A stretch of DNA of 64,000 nt. Source: a virus (Duplodnaviria > Caudoviricetes). Below, one piece after another: positions 8,601 to 19,800 of this stretch (within the stretch, counting starts at the first letter, position 1; each line of letters opens with the position of its first letter). The notes under the pieces were generated by a model that was not told the DNA's origin, ran no database searches, and saw only the letters and a list, made by a program, of their open reading frames with translations. The stretch covers positions 32,001-96,000 of the IMG/VR virus record IMGVR_UViG_3300027891_000004; one strand, 5' to 3'. The position numbers and the translations under genes were made by a program.

Positions 8601-11600
8601 CCAACTGGATCGCAACGAAAAGATGTCCGGAACCTTGTCATAGTCGAACGATTGTGAGAATTCTTTTAGTACCGTCCGTCCCGTATTAACGGTGCTCTCC
8701 AACGATTCAGAAAAATCCAACATCCACAGCCGGAACATCTGGACGTTATCGCCTATACTATACGTTGCCACGGCATACGTATCGCCTAAACATCGCATCC
8801 CTTCTCTCATTTGCTCGCCGTTCGGGGCGATAAAAGCGCGGCTGCCCGCCTCAAGCGACCATAGAATATCGGCGTTTTTATACAATACTTTTCGATGCGT
8901 ACCGTCCGCGTCGAGGTTTACCGCGAGCATATCTCCGCAGGCGGTCATTGAAGCGACCTTGCCGACGAACAACGCCTTCGCCTGCGCACACGTCTCCCAA
9001 TCGCCGGTACTCGCTTGGTATTCCGTGGTAGGCCGCAGGTCCATCTGTCCCATGTTCTTGTAGAAAATGGCAAGTTCGCTGTTCGTCTTACCTCCGATTT
9101 CCGAGAAAGGTCTGCGCCCGTTTTCCCAATGGAACCCGGTCCAAAAGCAGTATTCATCTATATTTATCGGGTCCTGCGTAGGCGAGGATGCCTGAATCGA
9201 ATACCGCATATAATAAACATCGCCTTCCTGCGTCCCCACGCGGAGCGGCAGACCTTCGGGATCGCCCCAGCACTGTATCCATTGCCGCCACCAAATCCCT
9301 GATTCTTGGTCATCCTTCGGCGGGTGCGTTACGGTTATCAAATCCTCGCCTACAAGGATTTGTTCCGTAACCATCCTCGGAGGATCGGGCGGATCGAAAA
9401 TATCGTCCTTCCGGTATATCGGCCCCTGTACGTACCATTTACCAATTACGCCGGACGTTGAATCGGTCTCTCGGACATGCGCGTCTTGGGGCGGGACCGG
9501 CATCTTTCTTTCTAGCGTTTTCGGCTTGTCGTTTTCATCCCAATCGGGGATTTCATCGTCATCACCCCGCCCCCGCGATTTGAAATAATCGGTCCAATAA
9601 TCGGTCCAATACTGTAATATTTCCGTTTCGTCCTCGAAATGCCCCGTCGGGTTGTCCAGCTCTTTCTGAACATCGCGGGCGATAAGCCTGGCCCGTAAAT
9701 CCTTTACCTTGATAGGCGCGGTAAACCAATGCGCGTACCAAAACAACCCTTTTTTCTCAAACCGACCAAATTTCCATGTAGTGCCGTTCTCGTCTGGGAG
9801 ACTTTCGCTCGGCGGGCTGGGTATCGGGTACGTGTTGAATTTTGTTGTATCCTCTTCCAATTCCGTTTGCGGCGGGGACGGGGCGGAACCGCGTTCGTAC
9901 CTGTGCATCCGCTGATGTATATCGACATCATTCGGGATTTCAAACCCCGGTCGGGTCAGATAGGCGGGGTAGAAGAGTGTAAAATACTTGCGTAGCTCTA
10001 CCGGGTCGTCGTCTCGTGCCCATTGTTCCGTAAACCCGGTAGCGTTGTCGCGTTCTACCGTGTGCGGGGCGCGCAGCACCAACGCATGGACCGCGTTAAA
10101 CCCAAGCTGCGAATCGCTAACGTTATCGTTATCGGGTCTAACCATACCCGGCAGTTGCCGGTATAGCCCGTTTAGATTGACAACATCAATCCGCCCGATC
10201 ACCGTGTAATCTTTTTTCGTCCGGCAGTTCGCCATATCACGCACGATATAGGCGTAATTTGTCGCGTAGCCCGAATCCGAGCGGATCGGAAATATACGAC
10301 CGCCCAACGGCTCCAGTTTCGCAACGCAGCCTTCCCCATGACACTGTACAGTTCTTTTTATCGTCGCGGGTCGGCCTTCATCATCCTGTTTGCACGCGAT
10401 AAAATAGGCGTCGAACGTAGGGAGTCTGTATCCGATGCCGGGCATAACAATCCAGCCATCCTGATAGACGGGGTCATATTCGTCGCAAAACGTCGGATGC
10501 ACGCGTAGAATCCTATCGGCCAGATCGGGGTCGCACGATCCTCTCGGCCGGTGACTCCACGTCGGTTCCTTGTCTTTCCGGTCCTCTTCTGGCTCTTTAT
10601 CTGTGCCCGGCTTCCCGCCATTTATCTGGTAACAATCGCTACAGCCACTCGGCGGATCGCACCCGCACCCACCCCCGCAATTTAATTCGGAACATTCGCC
10701 TGACGAATCCTCGAAACAGACCAAGCAGCACTGTTCCATCCATTTGGAGAACGTTACTCGGACATCGTTAGGCAGGATATTACCCGACGAGCCTTCATAC
10801 CATGTTTTATGTCGCGGGTACGTCGGGACCTTATCTTCGCAATTATCGTGATACTCTACTTCCGAAAGATGGTATTGGAACTCATAATCGCACCCGAACA
10901 AAATCGACCCCAATTTTTCCTCCGGCAACGGTTTCGCCCAATACGCATCGTCCCGAAACGACCATAAAACGCGGTCGTCGATCAACGTTTCCAATTTCGT
11001 ATCGTCGATTGCTTCTTTTACCGCCCGCAGGTACGCAAGTTTCGTCCTGAGTTCAAATATGTCCGACCAACCATCCTGAAGCTCTTGTATGAAAATATCC
11101 CGTTGCGTTTTAGCGCTGTCAAGATTGCTGACGCATGACGTATGTTCCGTATTTCGGCTGCTTATCCGGCTATTCACAATTTGCAACCATGCTACCACCA
11201 TCGGATAGCGAGGGTCCGTATTGGTGTTATTGAGCAGCCATGTATCCCAAATACTTTTTTCAAGCGAAAGATCATACAAATCCGCTTCCAGTTGTGCAAT
11301 TCGACGGCCCAACGCGGTTATCTTACGCTCGTTCGCCTTGTACGCCTTGTTCTTCAGCAGTAGCGTTTTCGAGGTGGCCATCAATTCTGATTCCGCAGGT
11401 GTTACCAGGGCATCCATATCCGTCTCGTTGAACACGCCGGTTATTACGCCGGTGGCCGTCGCCACTTTAACCAACCCAAGCAATTCCCCCGACCGTTGGA
11501 GATCGTTCAACGCTTTGTTCCATTGTTCCGACGCAACCATAGCGGCTTCGTAATCCGGGAGCATTACGATCAGGTCATTTTCCAAACCGTCGCGTTCGGA

Positions 11601-12917
11601 TTCCAGACTGGGCAGTTTTCCTTCCAGCTCTCCCTTTTCATTCTTTGCGTTGGCCAGTAGCGTCTCCGTTTCGCCGTAATCCTGCCCGTCGATAGGGTTC
11701 GCCAACTTCTCTTCCGATTCTTGTATGAAATTTTCCAGGAACGCGATACGGTCTTCGGTATCGGCCACCTTTTGCGACGCGGCTATAAATAGCTCTTGGA
11801 CATCCCTAAAGCTAAGTTCTGCCTGCTCCGCCGCTTCCTGTTTCTCTTTTGCTTTCTTTTCGGCCTCGGTCCAATCAACGCTGCCCACCTCGAAAACACG
11901 GCATATCCGGGGATCGGGTACGGGCATTAAATCATCTTCCAACGGGGAGATCGGAAAATCGTATACGAATATAGGCAACACGGTTAGCCTTATTTCGTGC
12001 GGCTCTGGTTTCTGGGTGTCGTTCACGTTCGTATGGACCACGTTTCCGTATGTAATTTCGCCCTCCTCATTTATTTGCATGTCGCTGATGGCCTTATCCC
12101 ATAACGATTGGACAATAAACTGGAATTTATCGTCCACGGTCTTTTCCAGCCATTTTTGGAATTTTTCGCACGACCAGCCCAAAAAACCCCACGCGGTACA
12201 GCAGCCGGGATAGGGGCAGTATTTGACGCCGTGTGCAAACGTTACGGGGATGCCCGACGTATTCGCCTTCCCTTCGTATATCAAAGTGCCACGGTAGAAA
12301 ACAACGCAATGATCCTGCCCGTCTTGGAGGACGTAATAGCCGTTCGTAAACGGCATCTCCATAATATACGGTCGTTTCGGATTCTGCCAGAAATTGTTTC
12401 TCGGTATGATAAGCGTTTCCGCGCCGTCGCTGCTACTATTTGGGGGTGCCAACCGTGGCGGGTTACATTGTATTTTACCGGGCCGCCACGGGACCAAATG
12501 CCCGTGGCGTGGTCGTATAATTTGGGCCTTATTGTTGCCCCTGTTCGGGTTATCCCAACATATCGTAATCGTATCGGTAGTCGGCGGCTTGCATTCGGCA
12601 AGATTCTCGATAGGTGGCGGGACCAACTCCGCCGTAACATACGTATTCAACGGATAGATTTGCAGCATTGAATTGGAGCCGGGGTCGAGAAAGAAAACAA
12701 CTCCGTCCGGGTTGACCACGTAAACGCCGCCGTCCTCCGTAAGACAGTAATAGGGTTTCGTAACCGGGTGGCATACCGGCCTTTCGCAGCTACTCAGATC
12801 GTGGTCGGGCGGCCAGTAGACGCCGGGGTAAGCGTACCGATGCGTAGTTACGCCGTTTAAAATATACGCGCCGGTTTTTATCGTCCCGGCGCATCTGCTA
12901 CACTCAGATAATGGCAT
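5667..12917 (-). CDS. giant (2416 aa) Cys-rich virion/tail-associated protein with a coiled-coil block
   Basis: Uninterrupted ORF coupled (TAATG) to the upstream tail gene; heptad-rich segment at about aa 350-640; recurring C(C)G motifs. Confidence 0.85.
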   Translation of the reverse strand: MPLSECSRCAGTIKTGAYILNGVTTHRYAYPGVYWPPDHDLSSCERPVCHPVTKPYYCLTEDGGVYVVNPDGVVFFLDPGSNSMLQIYPLNTYVTAELVPPPIENLAECKPPTTDTITICWDNPNRGNNKAQIIRPRHGHLVPWRPGKIQCNPPRLAPPNSSSDGAETLIIPRNNFWQNPKRPYIMEMPFTNGYYVLQDGQDHCVVFYRGTLIYEGKANTSGIPVTFAHGVKYCPYPGCCTAWGFLGWSCEKFQKWLEKTVDDKFQFIVQSLWDKAISDMQINEEGEITYGNVVHTNVNDTQKPEPHEIRLTVLPIFVYDFPISPLEDDLMPVPDPRICRVFEVGSVDWTEAEKKAKEKQEAAEQAELSFRDVQELFIAASQKVADTEDRIAFLENFIQESEEKLANPIDGQDYGETETLLANAKNEKGELEGKLPSLESERDGLENDLIVMLPDYEAAMVASEQWNKALNDLQRSGELLGLVKVATATGVITGVFNETDMDALVTPAESELMATSKTLLLKNKAYKANERKITALGRRIAQLEADLYDLSLEKSIWDTWLLNNTNTDPRYPMVVAWLQIVNSRISSRNTEHTSCVSNLDSAKTQRDIFIQELQDGWSDIFELRTKLAYLRAVKEAIDDTKLETLIDDRVLWSFRDDAYWAKPLPEEKLGSILFGCDYEFQYHLSEVEYHDNCEDKVPTYPRHKTWYEGSSGNILPNDVRVTFSKWMEQCCLVCFEDSSGECSELNCGGGCGCDPPSGCSDCYQINGGKPGTDKEPEEDRKDKEPTWSHRPRGSCDPDLADRILRVHPTFCDEYDPVYQDGWIVMPGIGYRLPTFDAYFIACKQDDEGRPATIKRTVQCHGEGCVAKLEPLGGRIFPIRSDSGYATNYAYIVRDMANCRTKKDYTVIGRIDVVNLNGLYRQLPGMVRPDNDNVSDSQLGFNAVHALVLRAPHTVERDNATGFTEQWARDDDPVELRKYFTLFYPAYLTRPGFEIPNDVDIHQRMHRYERGSAPSPPQTELEEDTTKFNTYPIPSPPSESLPDENGTTWKFGRFEKKGLFWYAHWFTAPIKVKDLRARLIARDVQKELDNPTGHFEDETEILQYWTDYWTDYFKSRGRGDDDEIPDWDENDKPKTLERKMPVPPQDAHVRETDSTSGVIGKWYVQGPIYRKDDIFDPPDPPRMVTEQILVGEDLITVTHPPKDDQESGIWWRQWIQCWGDPEGLPLRVGTQEGDVYYMRYSIQASSPTQDPINIDEYCFWTGFHWENGRRPFSEIGGKTNSELAIFYKNMGQMDLRPTTEYQASTGDWETCAQAKALFVGKVASMTACGDMLAVNLDADGTHRKVLYKNADILWSLEAGSRAFIAPNGEQMREGMRCLGDTYAVATYSIGDNVQMFRLWMLDFSESLESTVNTGRTVLKEFSQSFDYDKVPDIFSLRSSWVSRADIEKYGNAIMKNYLLVQSRDGTTLYAFYKGRLVKTYADGSTSCNCICGPRYALVYRPGEGRPNPCGGTGDTSVDVWLDGRVAHEAISAQVLLGGAIVVTCMFAKTVNCEEHVRGCSTSITIRKAVFTDAGDSKTWVSLLRVCMGDYYMESDALSTGLFPLSEIGDWSLFIVGDSGDVTEPGGVIGASFTLYKWNSKTERMVPTGCSVDMSITGQHVWSTCPRSMLGDMPGGIYAWGESRWSMGGGGSSRGISMGWGGCAALSTDPETKHTRQAQIMGSYYDYSQTTTGGFNSYIVQYNSAVAAWASDDPEDIGELDGKVQCMGFEGGSSCGVSSGWETGDTSAVIWCCQIPPNMAGISTFGNTMLAVDTDGHVVPNKIVHYRGELSWVCACRSSARCGNYTQITDVDTKNITTYYGNTLLNETTPFASCCGDGVLGDGEYALFESGNFYYKSKKLDGDFRNYTVTGCCGNGVILRGTSVHFIEGKPTLVPDGDQVLFINGTRNINVSGEAPISNGTLPTTDKLSLGEDNFSISCCGRDYYVVQRGSFYRKRPDIEITTEIRQCPRDVEPCADTSGMFFYYYQDCPLGQKVKLVSVDENGVELEYEAELVEIAVYEGQTEPNKTGPTGGQEPQYFYIFERPKRWKTKIKDLRGDEVDVYFEHDLAYSFDTNNEGYVRHGFLQEERVGYVPWKYKYMGETPDERAAYVFYSTEERVVANEPPKLLSTDPRISNIVCFRYENKGTIAAPVFHGIAAYSMFYDDPWNNERDDHMDWKDMGVGQSVVTWSRKQPVVKNLLPLYERYDCFGGKGPDDMNIWDYPCDCELRAKIKQSYPNVCIIVWNRELHDSLKIHKDDVPYIPFHKIGERKEVSEADAITHPLRDRCIYVNDYNTAVRYDRLTANDPVDCWQNTFYSEAAGTGDFWLAAPMYNGEMSVANDPLDKSGRLVVSGNNTIYVWDRSFNRLEFSALTKERLQ

Positions 12918-15900
12918 TATGAAAGGTTTTCAACGTCAGGATCGGATGAGAATAGATGTATTCCGAAAAGGTCCAAATCGAGAAACATCCAATCGTCCGA
13001 GCCAGAGACAAGATTAGGGACTGGGAAAGCCGCATTATTTTTATGCAACGTGATTCTAAGCTCAAACCCGTGAAATTCAATGCCGCTATACGTGCTATCA
13101 ATCGTTCGCAATTCCATTTCATGCTCCGTTCCGTATACCACAGAATTGGACGCAAAAGAAAGAGGAGGAAGCGTGTCCAAAAGGTAACTGGAACCATTTG
13201 ACGTTTGCCCAGTATCGATAGTATTCGCACTGCCGTACGTTATGCCATACAATTCAACCTTTACATCCGCTTCTATACTCGCCGGGGACACGAGGCCCGG
13301 AGGAGGTCCGTAGGCCAACTTAAATCTCGGGCACCAATGGCTTACCTCATACTGTTTCCTGTTTCCTGTGCCCGATAAACGGTTCCCAAACCGGTATATA
13401 TACGCTATTTTGGAATCCGATCCGTACATTTGGGGAAAATCTTCGTGCCACGAATAAGTCAACGATGCAGCCGTGTGTATGCGTACACTTGCCGACGCAC
13501 CTGGGATGTTTGAAAAAGGCGCAAAGAAATTAGTCGCCGGACTCCAATTCTGCCATAAATTGTCTTTATTCGACCAAGCCCGGCCGTCAACGCCGATATA
13601 CGTAAAAACATCCAGGGTCGAAAGGTCGTGATAAAAGTTATAAAATAGCGAATCCAACACGCCCTCGTTTCCGTCGATGACGGATTGTTCCACGGGGTAA
13701 GAAACGGGAATAAAAGGAACAACTCGAATTTGTGAATTTCTCCACTTGTCGTAAGGAATAAACACAGGGACTGTTCTCGTATTTATGGCCCCTTTTGTTG
13801 GGGTGGAAATCAACGGATCGGAATCCTCGCTTATTAACACGGCCTCCTCTTCCCCGTCCGGTATGTACTCCGATTGCATGTTTACCCCCGTCTGTTTATC
13901 ATACGAAAACTCCCACGTTCCGTTTACGGCCGGTTCGTTATCGAAAGCGACCAAACTGTATGTAATTCTGTCCAACGTTAGATTTTCCAATTTAGAAACC
14001 AGCAATTCGTCGCCGGTTCTAAACACGATATCCAACGGCTCCGAAACCGCATTCGCAGACAGCGAGGGCGGGAATAGACCGTCTTTAACATGCGCGCGTA
14101 TCCTCGCCACGTAGTTTTCATTCGCATCCAAACCACGCAACGTAAACGACTGGGCGCGTATGTCGGTCAACACGTTATCGGCATCCGTAACTGTCTCCCA
14201 ATCAACTATCGTTTCGGGGCCTTCGCCGATACCGTACTCTATACTGTAATGGGAGAAATAGGGGGTCATAACCTCGTCTTCCCATTTCCAAAGCAGAGTA
14301 ACCGTATTCCAATATACCGTAAACCCGTCTTCTATAGCGCCCGGTCGCGTTTCCGGCGGCTGGACAATATCCGAGCTTGTTATCTCAATAGTTGCCCCAT
14401 CGATAATATAGCTCCAACTGGAACTCCCGATATGAGTAATCATTCGCATCCTATACGCATAACGGGTCTCCGGCATCAAACCTCTATCTACATACGAGGT
14501 AACGGAAATCGGATTGCTATTAGCATCTTGCAGCGGTATAGAAATTTCTTTAACGCTATCAGAATCAAACCCATCAGGATCACCAAATTCAATCCGTTGC
14601 AATTGGTAACGGATAGGAATCGCCTCTTCGCCGCATGGATGTTCCGGCTGCCTAATATCAAACGTCAAACTACCGAACGTAGGCGCAGGGGCGGGCAACA
14701 TCTCAATCTCCGGGGCAAGGGGCGTATTGGGGAACACGTCAAACGAGTAGGTGTACCGAACGATAAGAATTTGCTCCTCTTCCTTAATAATCGGATCGTC
14801 CTCAAAACTCACGCCGGAAATCACGTTTCCTACATAGGACGACCACCGATGACTTTTATTCACAACCATAGGCAACAGCCCATCAGACGTTACCATCATG
14901 TACCGTCGTTCGTCCTCCACGCCGAACAAATGATCTCGTAACCGTGTAAGCTGGTACTGATCGAAAACAAAACCAGGCTGATAATCGCTCGAAGCGCATT
15001 GTTTTACGTTTTTTGTTTTCGTAGGGCATTTCCACGTAAGGGGGCTGGTATCCTCTAATACATGTGTAAACGGCAGATAGTATTCGTTTCCAATAAGAGA
15101 ACCGGTACAATAAGCATTAGGGTCTGTAACATTACTGGAAGACGAAAAGGGCATTTGTCCGATAGCGTAGGGCAATACTGCGACTCTAACAGGCGGGCTA
15201 ACGTGCGCCGCCAAATTCGAGTACATGGCCGATTTCAAATAGGACGCCACATTTATTTTTAATTTGTAGACCCCGATACCGAACCCGCCCGGCTCCTTCG
15301 AGGTTTCTTCATAATCTCCGATACCCATACTGATAAAGATTTCAACGGTATCCTCGTCGGCCGTCTCCCCGCGACGTGCAACCATTACCGGTTGGCAGTT
15401 AGAAAAAGCTGCGGGGATTTCAAACGGGCACGTAACGACGCCCACGACGGCATTGTGGGAAGTACTTACCGTACCGTGTATTTGCGGCTGGACGGCGATG
15501 GACACTGTACGGGACCCGGCACCCCCCGCGTTTGATAGCGTAGCGATTGCCAACTTTATGGCACGTGTGCCGCCTTCGTCGTTTCCGGCAACCACACCAT
15601 GCCCCAAAACCATCCCGCCGCGTACCGTCGCGTTTATGTTTGTAACCGAGTTTGCGTTAAACAATTGGTTCGGTGATACCAAGTCGTTTAACATTTCCGT
15701 TTCTGTCGCGGTAGGCCCGCCTACCACGGCGGGTTTGCCGTAGTCGTAGTAGGCCATTTTTGACGGCGGCAATGACGCGACTCCCGTATCCTGATTAAAC
15801 GACACAGAGGGCACGGGCGCATACATAGCGTCGCCCCAAACCGTACCCGCACTGAAATTAGCGAACCTTTGCCGCGTCCGCACAAACGGAGCAAGCAAAT

Positions 15901-16858
15901 ACGTACCTATAGAAGTATTGGGCCGCAACCTTCGGGGCGCTCCGGGCATGTCGGAAGTGGTATAGCCACTCGATTTAGGCGCACCTTCGCTATAAGACGT
16001 TCCAGAAGTGCCACCGCCTACTGAGGGCCAGGCCGAATCCCATGTTTTATTGGCAAACGTTTGTGAAAACGAGGTATTGAGGTAGGCGTTAGAACGGCTG
16101 CTCCCGTATTCACCGGGGTAAACTCCCAATACCATACTATAGATTTCCGCAACGCCTTCGCTCTTCATATACCCGAACGTATACGAAGGATTGCCGTTAA
16201 GATTACTCCATTTGCATTCGCCCCAACTTAGTTGCATAAACCGTGCCCTGTCTTCCGACCGATCATGCCCAGACATTTGGACAACCGCCAAATTTCTATT
16301 TGATCCAAGTTTACCCACATTGTAGGGTTCGCCCCAATTGGGGAATATCATGGCCCTCGTAACCATGTTATCAACGCCGGACAAAGTATTATTGAAATAG
16401 GGTGGTATCTGCGTTGTTGCATCGACCCTACACGGCACGGACAACAGGAACACTCCGTAAGTGGCCCGACTCTCTTTGGAGGCGAACGTACCGCACGAGC
16501 ACCGTATTGCCTGATGCCCGTTTGTCTGCGTCACGCCGGTAACATCGGTAGCCGTTTTGGAATGGCTACCCAACATGGCACTGATCGGGTTGACTATAAT
16601 ATTGCGGGCCCGGTTATCTTCAGAAGCGGGCTGCCCGGAAATCGCATGGGATGGCGTAGGGTCGTCAATTTGGTGTCCGAAACGGACGGAATTATTATAG
16701 ACTCCAAGATTGCCAGCCATAAGCCAGCGGGCGAACGGTTCCGTCAGATGGTTCTGCTTGCGCACGTGTTTGACAACTCGATTGGTTGCCTTGTCGATAA
16801 GCAAAACATCAACAAACCCCTGCACGCCAAAATTATTATTTTTACAATTATCTTTCAT
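12917..16858 (-). CDS. tail fibre/appendage protein paralog 3 with fibronectin type III domains
   Basis: Shares N-terminal and internal blocks with 16864 and 20887; GLMPETRYAYRMR and GLDANENYVARIRA are FN3 signatures. Confidence 0.85.
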   Translation of the reverse strand: MKDNCKNNNFGVQGFVDVLLIDKATNRVVKHVRKQNHLTEPFARWLMAGNLGVYNNSVRFGHQIDDPTPSHAISGQPASEDNRARNIIVNPISAMLGSHSKTATDVTGVTQTNGHQAIRCSCGTFASKESRATYGVFLLSVPCRVDATTQIPPYFNNTLSGVDNMVTRAMIFPNWGEPYNVGKLGSNRNLAVVQMSGHDRSEDRARFMQLSWGECKWSNLNGNPSYTFGYMKSEGVAEIYSMVLGVYPGEYGSSRSNAYLNTSFSQTFANKTWDSAWPSVGGGTSGTSYSEGAPKSSGYTTSDMPGAPRRLRPNTSIGTYLLAPFVRTRQRFANFSAGTVWGDAMYAPVPSVSFNQDTGVASLPPSKMAYYDYGKPAVVGGPTATETEMLNDLVSPNQLFNANSVTNINATVRGGMVLGHGVVAGNDEGGTRAIKLAIATLSNAGGAGSRTVSIAVQPQIHGTVSTSHNAVVGVVTCPFEIPAAFSNCQPVMVARRGETADEDTVEIFISMGIGDYEETSKEPGGFGIGVYKLKINVASYLKSAMYSNLAAHVSPPVRVAVLPYAIGQMPFSSSSNVTDPNAYCTGSLIGNEYYLPFTHVLEDTSPLTWKCPTKTKNVKQCASSDYQPGFVFDQYQLTRLRDHLFGVEDERRYMMVTSDGLLPMVVNKSHRWSSYVGNVISGVSFEDDPIIKEEEQILIVRYTYSFDVFPNTPLAPEIEMLPAPAPTFGSLTFDIRQPEHPCGEEAIPIRYQLQRIEFGDPDGFDSDSVKEISIPLQDANSNPISVTSYVDRGLMPETRYAYRMRMITHIGSSSWSYIIDGATIEITSSDIVQPPETRPGAIEDGFTVYWNTVTLLWKWEDEVMTPYFSHYSIEYGIGEGPETIVDWETVTDADNVLTDIRAQSFTLRGLDANENYVARIRAHVKDGLFPPSLSANAVSEPLDIVFRTGDELLVSKLENLTLDRITYSLVAFDNEPAVNGTWEFSYDKQTGVNMQSEYIPDGEEEAVLISEDSDPLISTPTKGAINTRTVPVFIPYDKWRNSQIRVVPFIPVSYPVEQSVIDGNEGVLDSLFYNFYHDLSTLDVFTYIGVDGRAWSNKDNLWQNWSPATNFFAPFSNIPGASASVRIHTAASLTYSWHEDFPQMYGSDSKIAYIYRFGNRLSGTGNRKQYEVSHWCPRFKLAYGPPPGLVSPASIEADVKVELYGITYGSANTIDTGQTSNGSSYLLDTLPPLSFASNSVVYGTEHEMELRTIDSTYSGIEFHGFELRITLHKNNAAFPVPNLVSGSDDWMFLDLDLFGIHLFSSDPDVENLS

Positions 16859-16863
16859 GTCTA

Positions 16864-19800
16864 TCAGCTTTCAATTACTGGCGTATAATCGCCATCTATA
16901 ATAATACCCCACATAAACAAACTTAACTGAAGTTCTTCTTGGACCGAGTTATCTCCCAAATGACCGGGCACAGAGCCGGGGCCCTCTACCAACCAACCGG
17001 GCTGACCCGTTTCGTTCCATATCGTCCATTCCAACTCAAACCGCTCAAATGTTTTCGCTGCGTTCGGACCTTTTACTTGGACCAGCGGACGGCGGATAGT
17101 CGATAGCGAATTCGTAAAGGTGTTCGGATTTGAACTTGTTTGCGTTAAACCGCGAGCGTCGAAAATATTACCTATCTCGATTCTAGGGGGATTGGGGACG
17201 GAAATATCCTCGATCCCGTATAATTTCATATCGCATTGGACAGGGCTATTCCACGGCGTATGTATAGCCGATGTTGAGCTCCCTGTTCGCTTATACTTAC
17301 GCAAAAAGAAAGGCATCTTCCACGCGATACATTTAACGGCCGTAGGCGTATCTGAGCCTATCGCATTATTGAACCCAAGCTGGATACGAATATACCTTTG
17401 TTTATAAAACTCGGAACCCGTTTCATTTAATACGTCCGTGTTGGCGGCCAAGATAGCCGTAGGCCCCAAATCTAAATCATTTGCCGCTGCATTTACATTA
17501 GGCTTCAAGAATAGGCTAACCAAATTATTAACTCCCGGATTGGTATCAAAAAATCCGACGTTAGGCGTATATTCAAACGGCCCCGATTCCAGCAACGTTT
17601 TAGTGGACGCGCCGGTTATCTTGTGCAGACTACATTTCAAAGGGGGTGACGACTCGCTCGCGGCGCGGTACAACGCATGTGCCGTAGAAGCCTCTTCGGC
17701 CGCGTTCTCCGGAGTGTCCATAGGAAACGAGTCATTAAACGGCCACACTTGAACCCTAATATTACTCCACGTATCGTATGGTAGGCGGTCAAAACCCACC
17801 ACAGAATTTGCTTTTTCGAGAGAGATGGAATTAGTATAAACCACTTCTGTCTGTTGCGGGTCCGATTGATCGAATGGCGTAGACTCGTCGTCCTCCTCCC
17901 ACCGCACTTGGTAATTCATCAAACCGGCACCCTGATCTTCCCACTCGATCAGCATATCCCCTCTGTCAAAATGATAATTCGTCCGCGTTACGACAATATC
18001 GCCCACAGGCACGGGTTCCGGCAGGGAAGCGGTGGTGAATGAATTGCCGGGAATGCCCGACCATTCACTGAAATAGGGCACCGCGTCAAAACCGCCGTAA
18101 GGCACTTCGATATAATAATTACTATTTATCTCGGCCCTAATACGGACAAAATAGTTTGTACCGGGCGTCAACCCCGTTATCTGGATGGTGCCCGTATCGC
18201 GATTCAAAAGCTGGCTATCATCCACATCGATCCAACCGGGATCATCCGCCGGTAAATCTTCCACGTCGCCCCATGTATCGGAACCAACCTTCCTATATTG
18301 CAACCGGTATCGTGCAAAGAACAGGGAAATATCATCACGCATACCGGAGTCGTTGGACGGCGTCGGCTGCACCCATTCCCAATTAAGGGCGACGGCCCTT
18401 GCGCCTGTCGGCGGGTCTACGTTGAAATTGGTAACGGCCACCGGCTGATTTTGCAACGGCGGGGTAAGAATACCGTTCCCCATATTTGCATACACGGCTA
18501 TGGAACTACCGCCGGTATTTACGCCACGCAGGCTATAAAAATAGCGTGTATTGGGCAAAACGGTTTTATCGACAACGCCGTCGTCGTAAAATTCGGGGAA
18601 CAACATCGGCGGCAACAATGGAATTTTTACACTATTTACCAATTCGCCCGAACTGTCTACCGCCGTTGCCCGTCGCATAACGTACCGTTCCGTATGCGGC
18701 TTTTTCGCCCAGTCCAAAAGTACGCGGGTGGCGGACGGTGCCAATTGCGGGTAGTGCAGGGCAACAAAGTTAGAGGGCGCGGCGGGCGCGGGTGGCGATA
18801 TTTCAAACGTATACGTATACCTTACCACCAAAATTTGCGTGCCTAATTTTTCGATAGGTGTGTCCAAATTTAAGCCGGACATAACAAGGCCGTGCGAATG
18901 ATCCCAACGTTGCGTTGCGTTTACGCACACAGGCGAAAGCCCCTCTTCGTTTACGAGCATCGCAATACGGGGCGAAGTGAAAGCACCGGCACTAGAAAAA
19001 GGAGCAATAGCAAAGATACAATCGCTCATCGGATGCCTTATCAAACTGCCAGCATCACAATGGATACCCGGTTGAAAATCAGGCCCCGAACATAGCATAG
19101 GGGTCAACATGTCTACATCTAGTTCTGCCTCTTTCTCGTCAAAACTCCAATTATGTAGGCTTGTCCCCTTCAAGATATGCGAAATTGGAAGATAGTAACT
19201 ATCGTCTCGCACGACATCATACGAACCTACCGTGTACCTATTGCCAGGAAATGTAGTAGAAACCGGATAATTACTGGTGATAGTAACATCCGATTTGTTT
19301 CCGGAGCCGCCAGTATTGCCCGGAAATTGACCGATTGCATATGGCAACACGGCGACACGTCCGTAATTTGTAATCTCCGAAGGGTATGCGCCAAAAAAGT
19401 TGGTAAGGGTATAACTACCGCTACCTAGTAGATTTCGTAATTTTCCAATCTTTATTACAATTTTTTGGACCTCTATTCCGGTACCGCCGGGATGGACAAC
19501 GACTTTCCCCTCTATTGTTTCTGTAGATTCTTCAAAAGTACCCGAGCCCATAGAAACAAACACCTCAACAACATCGTCCTCAGGGGCAGCACCTCTTCTC
19601 GCCACCATAACAGGCGCGTTATTTTCGTATATCTGGCTATTTATGGGTGCTCTTTCAGTTGTTGACCCTTTAACCAACGACGACGTCAACTCCAATTTAG
19701 AACTTTCAAAGTATTGGACAGACGCACCTACTGTTTCCATAGTATCCTGCGTCGTCGTTAGCGCATATTGCGCACACAGCATAAGCTGACGTTTAACAAT

